DNA from: Enoplolaimus lenunculus
Taxonomy: Eukaryota
Direction: 5' to 3'
Assembly (NCBI GenBank): GCA_030248215.1
Contig: JASANG010004046.1
Location: 248,001-312,000 of the forward strand
Length of the DNA stretch: 64,000 nucleotides
Shown here: piece after piece, positions 1-11,942 of the stretch
How positions within the stretch are numbered: the first letter of the stretch is position 1
How the letters are laid out: every line of letters starts with the position of its first letter
The notes under the pieces: generated by a model
Seen by the model: the letters and a program-made list of their open reading frames with translations, nothing else
Databases searched by the model: none
Told to the model about the DNA's origin: nothing
Translations under genes and position numbers: made by a program

Positions 1-3000
1 TTTTCGTTTAGATTTGGCGTCCGAAAAAAGTTAACCATTGAACTTTAGATCTTAGGTGAAATAGAAAATATTCGTGAAGGAAAATGGCCTAACGAAGAAA
101 ATGACGTGTTTCAAATTAAAAAGGATTGAATGTTTAATGCTACTTCTGTTAAAGTATTTAGTTATTCTCTTAGAAACTATACAAAATGTGTGAATGTCTT
201 CTGTTTCACCTGTCATTTTTTGAGATCGGCCCAAAACACTAAATCAAATTTTAAAAATGTTAGTGTAAAAAAATTTTCACTAACTGTCAGGCCCATAGCC
301 AGCTCGGGTCTTTTCGGTTATACTCCTCCAGCCGACGTTTGCCCATGCGAGGTTGGATTTTGAGACTTTTTGAAAATGAGTTTCTCAAGACCTCCCCTGG
401 CCATTCAACGTCCAAATTTAAGATTTTTGAACAATCGAATTTTCAAAATCCCAAGGTCCGTTTTTGGCACCCAAACTTTTTTGTCAAAAAGACAAATTAC
501 ATGCCATTTGACGCAGCCTGCAATGCTCAGCCGAATGGTGTTAAATTTGCCGCAACCATACGTATGCTTAGCACAAGCGGGGTTAAATCTTTTTTAGACG
601 TGCAAAAAAAATTTACCTTCTATCGAACCATTTAAAGAAAAAATATTTGTATCGAGGGTTTTAAGATCGAAATACTTTTAAATGTTTGAAAATTTTTTGT
701 CGTTTTAGAGTTAACTCGACTGTTATCGACGGTAAAACGCAAATTTTTCTAGATACTTCCTTATCCGAACCTAACTGCAACTCGAATAAATTCTAAATGT
801 TAGAGGCAAGTTCACGCCAGTTTTGTTGCAACCCACCATAGCTGTATTAGCAGTCCATTGAATCCCAAATTTAAGTACAATTTTGATTATTTTTTGCCTG
901 CTCAGAATTAAAAGACCCTAAAAGTATTTGTTTTAGCAAAATTTGATCGAAATTTATTTAAAATATACTACTAAATAAGCGAAAGAACATACCGAAAACT
1001 GATATTTGGTTACATCAAGGTCGTTTTCGTAAAATGTTTTTGAAAACTTCACCCAAACTTCTAACTATGTTTACAAACAAAAGTACTAAATCGTTTAGGC
1101 AATTAAGCAAAGTGTCTAGCCGCGTTGACTGCAATTTCAATTTTCAAAACCTTTATTAAATTATTACCTTGACAATAAAACAAATTATCTTCTGAAACCA
1201 AACTTTGGTACCAGGCCAGGTACCATAAAAATCCCTGTACAAAAATGCTGTTCCGGAATATAATCGAACAATAAACAAAACTAACTTGTATAATAAAATT
1301 TTCCGAATTTTAGAACTATTTCTTGCAAACTACAAAACAGTTTAAAAACAATTCGGTTTACCATAAATTTAATTAGCATTTCCAAACTGGTAAACAATCT
1401 TAAAATTTGATCTTTTTCAAGCTAAGCGCTGCCAAAAAAGAATAGTCCCTAAGCCCAAATTTGAGCTTAATCATAAGCCCGAGACCAAAATAAGTTCGGG
1501 TGCAAATATACTTCCATTACTGCAAGGTAGTGCAAGTATCGGGACTTCTAAACTAAGCAAAATCATTTCCGCTTTAGCTTCATCCATTTTAGGAGTATAT
1601 ATTTTACTTTTTGACCCTCTCGTACCAGAGGTGTAGCCAGGATATTATTTCGTTTGGAATATAACCCCATGTATAAGGTTTTCCAGCAGTATTACAATAA
1701 CCGTGGGTGGGGAAAAGCGATGTTTTTCGTTTCTCAAAAAATCTTTAATATATATACATATACATACATATATACACCTGTTATCTCTTCTCTCTCCGCT
1801 ATATGCGCCCGTGTATCTCACTGGAAATTTGGTTCGTTCGCAGAAGCTTAGGTACTACTGTAAAAAATCGCTCAAATTCTAAGCGCAATTTTATGTTTTT
1901 TTTCCCCTGAAAACAACTTTAAGAACCGAGCGGCACCATTTTAAACCAGATTCTACGTTTATAAGCATAAATCCAATTAGAGAAATGCTCGCAAGTTTGA
2001 AGACAACAAAGGATTTGCGGCCGTTTATCATTGACTACAAAAAGTTTTCCTCAAAACTAAAAGTTATATTTGGGTTGACAAATTTTGGCTTTTTGATATA
2101 AACCCGCTTTTTATTACAAACATCGTGAACAATTTAGAACCAGCTTGTATATACAAGAGGGATGGGTTTATGGGTCAAGCGTTTGTTTGGGGTTTATGTA
2201 AAGTAATTTTCTAATAGTTTTACGGTTTGTAACACATAAAATCATCCTTCAAAATTCCTACAGTGTTCTAAACCTATTAAAGCATAATCGTAAGTATAAT
2301 CCTACACTTCAACCCATGCCTAAGCATAATGATGTTCGACAAATTGTCCATTCGACGAGATTTAGGATTACAAGTTGTCGGGCGACTAAGTTGTCAGCAG
2401 ACGAAATTATCGTGTCATCTACACTTCACATAACTAAAAAGTAGTCCAACGCATGTCTATATGATTTTAATTCACAACGACACTGAATGGCGGCTTCTTC
2501 AAAGCTTTAGCTTAGGGGTCCTATGTTGCGCTGAGAGCCGTCCCTGCTGTCCCGGGACAACGGCAAGAAGAAGTGCAGCGGACAGTGGGACAACCGGGAC
2601 AGATGACAACAATAAATTTTGATAATCTTCACTTAAGAACAAACAGGAGTAGCAAAATGTTGCTCTCTGGCACCTTTGCTGGTCGCTTAGTGGTTAAATT
2701 TAAGAAGAATCTGCATTCGGCGAAAATTTATGATATTTTTGATAAAGGAGAACACTCTATATTTTAAGCTTAAATAGAAGTATCAAAAAGTACATATTTA
2801 ACAAATTTTTCAGTAATGTTTTAAATTTTCATTTTTATGAGTTCACTGCATCCGTAAATTTTAGCTTCGCTTGTTTAATTTTAGTATAAACTTGCGCAGA
2901 AATCATACGTTAAAGTTGAGTACAAAATCTGAATACAAAAGTTTGGTTTTAATTCCTGTTCCAGCTCAAAAGAGCTTTCGCGAAAAAAACGTGCACTGTT

Positions 3001-3219
3001 TATGCCGCTAGGAGTTGAAAGTTATTTTAGGCGTAAAGAAACTTTAATATGCTTTACTTGCCGCTTGCCTACGAAATTACTGTTTTCTCGTTCACAGCTC
3101 TGTCGCAAAATCTTTTTTAGCTTAAAGTTATCAGTTCAACAACATAAAAGGTATAAAATTAGGTAGCAAAATGGTAAAAGATAAAAATACGTTTCTAAGT
3201 TAAGGGTTTTCACAGCTTT

Positions 3220-3283
3220 TGCCTAGGCTTAGGCTTAGGCTTAGGCCATGGTTAGACATAGGCTAGGGCTTAGGCTTAAACCT
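3220..3283. repeat. Interstitial nematode telomere-type repeats (TTAGGC)n
   Basis: GCCTAGGCTTAGGCTTAGGCTTAGGC...CTTAGGCTTAAA. Confidence 0.75.
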
Positions 3284-3976
3284 TTGGTACATACTACTGT
3301 TGCTGGAATACATCAAACAAACATACTTTAGCTTGTAGTGTGATCAAAAATCTCTTCATCAAGCTTTGTTTGCCCATCAATATTTACAAAGTCCTCTCTG
3401 TGTGGCGAAGGATAAATACATAGAAATCTGGGGATATGCATCAGGCGGCTCTCCTGCTGAAAAATTTGCCATGCATTTATTTTCTAACCAAATAACTAAA
3501 ATATGCATCATAGCCTGTACGAGGTGAAAAGATTTCGAAATCCGTGAGCGCAATTCATAGATACTAAAATATTGAAATATTCAAGCTAACGATTTAAAAC
3601 TGTGCAAAATTTCGAAACAAAGTATTTTCAGCACCCGACGATGAACTATGCCCTCACCAGAACTGGATGCCGTATTGTTTACACTATACTATTCGTAAGC
3701 TTGTATCTAATATTATTGTCACCGCCCTCTGGCGGTGACTTTGTTATCGCTGCCCTCTGGCGGTGACTTTTGTTTTCGCTCGCGGCATATTTTAAAGGAT
3801 TATATATTAAATTTTGGTTAAACTTATAAAATTCTAGTTAAGAATTTTACAAATGAAAAACAATACGATATGTTATACAGATTTTGTTGTACACACTACG
3901 TTTCAGGAAGTTAGTGCTTGTTCAAATCGATAGAAAACTGAATCTTAAGCGAAAAATTTCAGTTTACTATCTATAA

Positions 3977-4238
3977 CCCCTTCTCACATTGAGTTGCCTA
4001 TAGGCAACTCAGCGCAGTGTATATACGTTAATTAATATACACCGCACCGTGTTTCACAATTGCAACACGTATATATAGTACTAAATCGCCACAAGACGTG
4101 AGAGCCCCCTCGGGCTCGAGCGTCAAGTTCCTATAGCGGAGTGGTGATGGTATACGCCTCCCACTCCAGTCACTGGAGTTCGAATCCTAGCATAAAAGTA
4201 GTCTCAGGGGAAATAGAAAATATTCATGTGAGAAAGGG
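3977..4238 (+). mobile_element. piggyBac-like MITE (CCC..GGG ends) with an internal tRNA-like A/B-box cassette, copy 1
   Basis: TIRs CCCCTTCTCACAT / ATGTGAGAAAGGG, flanked by ATAA and TTAA. It has an internal perfect palindrome TGAGTTGCCTATAGGCAACTCA. Near-identical copies lie at 4272, 34641 and 48960. Confidence 0.8.
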
Positions 4239-4271
4239 TTAAGCGAAAAATTTTCAGTTTACTATCTATAA

Positions 4272-4474
4272 CCCCTTCTCACATTGAGTTGCCTATAGGT
4301 AACTCAGCGCAGTGTATATACGTTAATATACATCGCACCGTGTTTCACCTTTGCAACACGTATACATAGTACTGAGTGGCGATGGTATACGCCTCCCACT
4401 CCAGTCACTGGAGTTCGAATCCTAGCATAAAAGTAAGTCTCAGGGGAAATAGAAAATATTCATGTGAGAAAGGG
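4272..4474 (+). mobile_element. piggyBac-like MITE copy 2 (tandem with copy 1, ~60-bp internal deletion)
   Basis: Same TIRs as copy 1, with TTAA at the right flank. It lacks the AAATCGCC..CTATAGC segment. Confidence 0.8.
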
Positions 4475-4820
4475 TTAAATAATAAATCAACAATTTCCAT
4501 GGCAAATTAAGCGGGTTTGTATGCAAAGCTGAATAAGACACTTGTGGAGTGTGCATGCAATTGAAAATATATATTCGTGTACCCAGTCGGTTGCTCCACT
4601 ACGGTTACTCAGCCCAACAGCCCCTCGCTACCCACTGCGCTGGGAGTTCGACTGCAGTTTTGGCCGTCCATTGAAGTATTACTCGTAGTTTCACCCACTG
4701 TACGCTACACCAAAGGTCAACTAAGACCTGGGAAAAATGAAACTTTTAAGTTTAACTGAGCACGCAAAACCCAACAAATTGACACATTTTAAGTATGTCA
4801 AATATTCGTATTGGGATTTT

Positions 4821-5184
4821 CGTCACCGTCCATGATCGCCGTCTCTCGTCACCGTCCATGATCGCCGTCTCTCGTCACCGTCCATGATCGCCGTCTCTCG
4901 TCACCGTCCATGATCGCCGTCTCTCGTCACCGTCCATGATCGCCGTCTCTCGTCACCGTCCATGATCGCCGTCTCTCGTCACCGTCCATGATCGCCGTCT
5001 CTCGTCACCGTCCATGATCGCCGTCTCTCGTCACCGTCCATGATCGCCGTCTCTCGTCACCGTCCATGATCGCCGTCTCTCGTCACCGTCCATGATCGCC
5101 GTCTCTCGTCACCGTCCATGATCGCCGTCTCTCGTCACCGTCCATGATCGCCGTCTCTCGTCACCGTCCATGATCGCCGTCTCT
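4821..5184. repeat. Perfect minisatellite, 14 x 26 bp (CGTCACCGTCCATGATCGCCGTCTCT)
   Basis: 364 bp, exactly 14 identical units with no spacers. Confidence 0.97.
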
Positions 5185-5962
5185 GGTTACAAATAACTTT
5201 GCCTGCACCAATTGTTTTTAACCGAAATAAACAAAACTCAATAAGTAAGTGTATAAAAAACAATGTTAAGTTGGACTTATAATAAAAGGTGTCATACAAT
5301 TGAATTTTGTGGTGATGATAACATTGTGGTTGTGACCATATTGGCTGAAGTATATGTTAACAAACAGAACAAAGACTTTGGAATGCATTGCCACTCAAAC
5401 GGATTTTGATTTTAAATCTCTGTTTAACAATTTATCTTTTAAATTTATTTGAAAAGTTTTTATCCAAAAAATAATGTTACCAAGTTATGCTGCACAATAT
5501 TCTTGCTTTCAGTCATAGTTGCCTAATATTTTACAAACGATCTTATATAAATTTTAAGCAGGTCGGTTTGTAATACACAATACAATGACTGTTTGTTGTG
5601 GCCGAGCATCAATACAAGACATCCAATGTAACTTTCTCAGTTTTACGGAGTGGAACAATGGCTATTTAAGTGTATATATAAACTGGTAGCGCATGCGGTG
5701 ACCATAATTTGACTTTCACTCAAATAACTTGTTCTTAAATGATTAGCAATTAAATACACTTGTCGATTGTCTGCCGTCCTAAGAAATAGGTCAAGCCGTG
5801 TAAAGTGTGTAGTTAAAGGTTACTGGCATAAGAAAACCACAATTAAAAATAGCTTTAAATTAAACAGGCAAGGTATTAAACACAATGAGTTGACGTAAAG
5901 TAAAAAGTCTACACTTAAACTTATTCAAGGTCACTTTGCTAGCATTTAGTAGTCTTTTAGCT

Positions 5963-6109
5963 GGCCAATGTAAAGAGTACGGCAGCAACAGCAGTATAAG
6001 CATATTCGTAAGCTTAAGAATAAACCTAAGCAAAATAGAGTCTAAAAACTAAGGTATATTTGTTGCAGTGCCGCGGAAACATGGCCGCCCCTGATCTATA
6101 CATGGGTCC
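5963..6109. mobile_element. Same telomere-repeat MITE family, diverged copy
   Basis: GGCCAATGTAAAG ... CCGCCCCTGATCTATACATGGGTCC. Confidence 0.6.
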
Positions 6110-8104
6110 TTTAGCTTAATTAACAGATAATAGGTGGGGGGTACGCCGCTTGGTAATTGTACACTTACTCTTTGCAAGCTCTAGCTCGAGGCTTGTGAGA
6201 AACTCAGATTATGTAAGTGTTTTGCACAATGGTATTTATCCAGTCTATTACTTCGGTGATTTGAAGATTTTAGTAATTCTTTAGTCAATCCACAAGGTTA
6301 CCTTACGGCCTTGGATAAATAAAGCTCCCACCGTAGAACAAAGAATCCTTTTAGTTTAAGCTCAGCCAATTTAATGATTATCCACTATGTTTTAATCTCA
6401 CCTATGGCAAACAAATATTTATAATAAATACTCTGGAAACTTGATCAGTAAAAAATGTATTTTTCCACAACACAGTGATGTAATTACTTCAAAAGCAACC
6501 CACGTATTTCCGAAGCATTAGCCTTTAAGTTAAATAGAGTAGTTGATTGATATCATATTTATGACACCGCTTTGTTGGAAGCCGCGTCGAGTCTAGACTG
6601 ATGACCTGGTTGTTTAAACGATAATAATGGCATAGCTAGTGTTTTTGCGTGAAAAAACACCGCCGTCATCATACATGTCAAACTTCTGTGAACGAGATTG
6701 CTTTGAATGAGCGATTAGCCAAGTTTTAGACGAATTATATGCAACCCTCTGCCGTATTGCTTAGCCGCTTTATGTTGAACACATTGTCAATCACATCAGA
6801 GATATCTTTTGAATGAATGGTGTAAAACGAAATATTTCAACCGCAGGGGCATCTAGAATTGCTTGCGATACGCAATTTATTTGGGTAGCACGGGCCTTAT
6901 GCCCCGTGTTGGCCGAAAACCGAATATAATGGTTTTTGTAGAACACCTGAAAGCCTGTGTCGCACGACTTTGCAGAAATCTAACAAATCAGATGCAGGCT
7001 GGAATGTCTGATAGTTAGCCTAGAACAGCTTGGCATTCCTGCACGTGTCAGCCGTCGATTTTGTGGACATATCGTATAACATGTGATACATGCTAATGTC
7101 CACAAATGCAATGGCAGTCCGCAACGCATAACTTGGGCGCTGTTTCAGCTAATTATTTCTTAGATACCTAAACGTTATACTACTCAAAGTGGTTTCCAGA
7201 TTTGCAAAGCTGCAAAGGACCGCCGAGACAGCGGGACAACGCGGCTAAACTTAAACCTAAGCCGTAAGCCTAAACCAAACCGTAAGCCTACGCCTAGGAC
7301 AAACTTGCTTGTTCTACGTTGGAACAATGATCAAAATACGAATGTTGAGCGTTTTAGTTTCAATAATATTCATAGACGGGTAAACGATAGAACGAAAAAT
7401 CTCAACGACCGAGAATTTCGAACCTTATCACCAACTTCGAGCAGGTTGTTTATGGTCGATAGACGTAAACTTTTCTTACTTTAAATGAAAATCCGGCGTT
7501 TGTGTTTTCTGGCAACGATTATACTTATAACAACGAATGCAGCTATTTTGAGAACGTTGTGCAACAGGTAGTCATTATTGCTCTTAGGGGTCTAGAACCC
7601 AGTCAGTTGCAAACGAATTCACACGTTTTATAAAGGAATATATTGTTCAACTGGAGCTAAAGTGTTAATTATTTGAGACCGAAAACTAAAAAATGACACC
7701 TGCAACGAAAGTATATATACGTACTTCGGCGCAAACTTTGATAAAACCTGTGTACCTGTAAAACCGAACAAAACGAGGCAAAAAGTAGAGTAAAAACCAA
7801 AAATGATTGATTGATTGAAGTTGTTTACAGGTTTCTAGTGTTAATTCTGTAACACTATGAACGGCGGCCCTTTTTATCAAGTAAAGTAAATTGATATGCC
7901 AAAAACATTTTCCATACATTTTTGAGAGCGGTGAGTGAAATCAAACGGGCCATGTAAGGGTCTGCATGTTAAACCTAAAGACTAAAGCCTAAATTGTAGC
8001 TAAAGCCTATTAGCGTATTAAGCATAAACATACTGTTTCGAAGCCTAAGTCAAATCTTGTCTCTGCTACGACTGTGCGGACGGCCCATAATTATATTCGT
8101 AAAG

Positions 8105-8652
8105 CACTGAAAATTCCGATGTGTTGATTAATCAACTTAGCTAGCTTAGTTTTAGTACTTACTTCCTGAGTTCATATTAGTAAACATAAATTCACTCTGA
8201 GTTGAGTGTCACTCTAAGTTGAGTTCATTCTGAGTGAGTTGGTTAATGATCTCAGAATGAGAGTAATAGACTCAGAAATCTGAGTTCTCAAAGTCCCAAT
8301 GCAGACTCAGCGGATTACACTCATTATGAATTACAAATCAATTGTTTGGAATTTCCAGTGTAGTAGTAGAACGTGTACGTTTGCTCATGCTTGTTTTTCA
8401 CGCTGTAAATTCCAGTGTTAATTTTAGCTCAGAGTGCGGTGAGTCTGCTCAGAAGCGTGAGCTCTGAATCACGTTTTTCAGAATTCAGAATTCTGAATTG
8501 ATTAAACTTATTCTGTGAGTTAATGAATTTACCCGGAATTAATTCAGATCACAGAGTGAGTTGTTGATTTTTCCTGTTATTAAGACTCAGAAATCAACAA
8601 ATGAATAATTCGCTCTCTGAGTAGATTAATCAACACATCGGAACGTACAGTG
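8105..8652. mobile_element. CACTG-ended TIR element(s), probably two adjacent MITEs of one family, with ACTCAGA/TCTGAGT internal repeats
   Basis: CACTGAAAATTCCGATGTGTTGATTAATC is inverted as GATTAATCAACACATCGGAACGTACAGTG. Internal ends are GGAATTTCCAGTG (~8360) and CGCTGTAAATTCC (~8401). Confidence 0.7.
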
Positions 8653-9889
8653 CATAGCAAGACCGCAACAAACACAGCGGAGATAGTTTGTGTTTAGACT
8701 TTGATAAATGGTTCGGATGCGCAGTATTGCGGTTTTATGTGAGGTGAAAATAAGGGTGCTTCCTTTTTCAATGAAGTTGCAACCTCGTCGAAGTTTTCTT
8801 GTCCCTGCGAAATAAGCCGGTTCCTATATGCGTAACGTCATCTCATTACAAGAACCCAACGTCAAACAACGTCGGTTGCTTTTACCGGATTTCTATCAGC
8901 AACTGCATGGAATGAGCTCATTTAATCCTTGCTGGATAAAGTGTATTGTGTGCAAATAACTGCAAACTGTACACATGCAAGTCCATGCACAATGCACTGC
9001 GTTCAACAACTGACACTTATGTTGTAGCATAAAATCGTCATACTAACGTGGAGAGCCACTGTGGTTTGAGCATCAAGCTCCTATATCCCGATTTTCGAAG
9101 CTATTATATACAGAGTTAATACTTATAATACTTATATAGGTATTGCACGGTAACCCACCATGCAACTGTTCTACTTGATAAATGTTTTACATTTTAAGCG
9201 AATGTTCACCCTGGTTTAGGGCACAACCTGCCGGCTCGGGCGAACCTTATTGAAAACAGCGATGGATCCGTAAACGTTCAATCCGGCAGATATACGAACG
9301 TTTATTATCGAAAAATAAGTAGTCACAATTTGATATACGCTTGACTAGCACGACGAGTGGAGCTCGGGAGAGACTTGTGTTGCGGGCACCAATCTCGAAA
9401 GAATACGTGGCCTGCTAAGTTTCGGCTAAAACGGTCGGAAACTCCGAAATCCCGTTATCCCAAAATCACAAAAATTAAAACTAAACTTATCTATATATAC
9501 CTACACGAAAATGCAACCATTGTTAGAGATCGTAAATTACCAAACTGAATACCCGGATGGCTACAAATCCGAGGTATCCAAATATGTATATTACTTCAAT
9601 TTGAATATTTGATATATACCTTGCGTGAACAAGTATACGCCTCCGCGTGAACAAGACGACAAGACCAAAACAAGACAAGGGCATTCCGCGCTGCCGGCTC
9701 GGATTCGGATCACGGACGATCCCTTACCGAACGCGTCTGTTGTCCAACATTCAACATCAAATATTGCACCACATTAATGAGAAGGCAATACAATGAAATC
9801 AGGGAAACGGATAGTGAATAAGTTCAGAAGCTGCTACATAGAAAATGGTCAAGTTTAAAATTGCCACGAATGTCATATTGTGATTTAAT

Positions 9890-10190
9890 CAGGGTAAAAC
9901 CGGAGGTGAAAATTACCCGGGCAGGAGCCAGTGGTCAACAAAATTTACCGGCATCAGGGCTGGTAGTGAAGCGACAATATGTAGTTGAAATGACGTTTGT
10001 TTTAATTTGCGAAATTTTAGCAAATATCTGGAAGGTGTTAAAACCTTTTGGTTTTACACTTTTTTTGTGAAATTTCGTCAAGTTTTTTTGCTAGAAACAG
10101 AACCAAATAAATTTTGTAAACTTTATGCAAATTTTGCTACCGAAATTGCCAGAACCTTCGGCAGAAATTCTACCAAAGCCGGAGTTCCAT
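9890..10190. mobile_element. hAT-like CAGGGT MITE, truncated by the satellite
   Basis: CAGGGTAAAACCGGAGGTGAAAAT..AATTCTACCAAAGCCGGAG is similar to the element at 32509-32791. Confidence 0.6.
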
Positions 10191-10194
10191 GGGG

Positions 10195-11335
10195 CAGCGC
10201 GACAGTTTTGGGACAGCGGAACAATTGGGCTGCGGGACAGTTGGGACGCGGAACAGTTGGGAAAGCGGTACCGTTGGATTAGCGGGACAGTTGGGAGAGC
10301 AAGACAGTTGAGACAGCGGGACAGTTGGCACAATTGGGACACCGGGACAGTTAGGACAGGGGGACAGTTGGGACAGTTGGCACAGCGGGATAGTTGGGAC
10401 AGCGGGACAGTTGGGAAAGCGGGACAGTTGGACAGCGAGACAGTTGAGACAGTTGGACGAGACATTGGGACAGTTGAGACAGCGGGTGAATTGGGACAGC
10501 TTGACAGGTGGAACAGCGGTACAGTACTGGGACTACGGGACAGTTGGACGGTTGGAACATAGTTGTTACGCTGGGCGTTGGGACATTTTGCACAGTTGGA
10601 CAGTTGAGAACAATTGGGACAGTTGAGAAATTGGGACAGTTGGGTTAGTGGGACAGTTGGAAGAGCGGGACAGTTGAGACAACGGGACAGTTGGGACAAC
10701 CGAACAATTGGGAAAGTGGGACGGTTAGGACAGCGTGATAGTTGGGACAGATGGCACAGCGGGATAGTTGGAACAGCGGAACATTTGGGAAAGCGGACAG
10801 TTGGGACAGCGAGACATTTGGGACAGTTGGACGAGACAGTTGGGAAAGTTGGGACAACGGGACACTTGGGACAGTTGGAATAGCTGGAACAGCGGGAGAA
10901 TTGGGACAGCTGGACAGGTGGAACAGCGGGACAGTTGGGACAACGGGCAGTTGGACGGTTGGAACAGTTGGTAAGCTGGACAGTTGGGACAGTTTGCACA
11001 GTTGGACAGTTGGGACAGCAGGACAGATGGATAGTTGGACAGTTGTAGGATAGTTGGGATAGCTGGGACAGAGGGAGAGTTGGGACGGTGGGACAGTTGG
11101 CACAGCGGGACATTTGGAACAGTTGACAGTTAAACAGTTGGGACACTGGACATTTGGGACAGTTTGGGTAGTTGGACAGTTCGGACAGTTTGGATAGCGG
11201 GACAGACAGTTGGATAGTTCGACAGTTGACACAGTGGGATAGTTGGGACAGCGGGACAGTTGGGTCATCTGGACAGTAGGGACAGTTGGGACAGCGGGGA
11301 CAGCGGGACAGTTGGGACTGTAGGAAAGTTGAAAC
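10195..11335. repeat. Degenerate satellite of 8-9 bp units (GGGACAGTT / GGGACAGC)
   Basis: About 1.1 kb of repeated GGGACAGTT/GGACAGC variants with strong G-strand bias. It produces the low-complexity ORFs in the track. Confidence 0.95.
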
Positions 11336-11640
11336 AAAGAAACAGCTGGGCCCACAACACGGAAAGCTACTCCAGATAAATAAATTTTCTTTAATTGGAT
11401 TCTCAGAGGCCCTGCCGCCACCGTGATCCTATTCCGATTCAGATTCCGACTGCACACTCGATCGGAATCGGAGTTTGGAAATTTTAATTTTAATTCTATT
11501 AGTTGCCAAATGTTTCATAGAATTCAGTATCATTTATCCATTAAATTGCTTTCTTTCGATGAGATAACGTATATAAATCATATATTGGTTAATACAAATT
11601 ATTCGTACAGTCACAAAATTTCTAGTTCCGATTCCGATTT

Positions 11641-11942
11641 ATGTAAAATTTGTGTCATATTTCGCAAGGCGTAAACGTATAGTGAAAATATCGGAAGCGG
11701 AAAATGGAAATTTAAATATAAAATTTCAAAGGTATCTATTTTTTACAATCCAAAACCTTAAAATTTTTGTTGCATCCGCCATATTTCTTTAAAATTTTAG
11801 AAAGCCCGCGGTGAGTACACGTTACAATTGTGTTGGCACAAAATAATTTATCTTTGAAATGTTATACTTCAATTTCCATTTTTCGCTTCCGTTATTTTCA
11901 CTCTGCTTACATCCTGCGAAATATAGAACACAAATTTTACAT
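11641..11942. repeat. Imperfect inverted repeat (~95-bp arms; foldback/MITE remnant)
   Basis: ATGTAAAATTTGTG..TTTCGCA..GTGAAAATA.CGGAAGCG.AAAATGGAAATT is inverted at ~11850-11942. Confidence 0.75.

Noticed and set aside
3220..3283. True telomere or chromosome end
   Set aside because: There are only a few perfect TTAGGC units, internal to the window and similar to the MITE cores elsewhere.
4129..4192. Functional tRNA gene
   Set aside because: A and B boxes are present, but the acceptor and anticodon stems do not pair properly and the sequence lies inside a multicopy TIR element.
4821..5184. CRISPR-like array of 26-bp repeats
   Set aside because: The units are contiguous with no unique spacers, there are no cas genes and the context is eukaryotic; it is a minisatellite.
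10091..11457. Long Cys/Pro-rich ORFs (351 aa, 270 aa and overlapping + strand ORFs)
   Set aside because: They are translations of the GGGACAGTT satellite, open in several frames on both strands because of low complexity.
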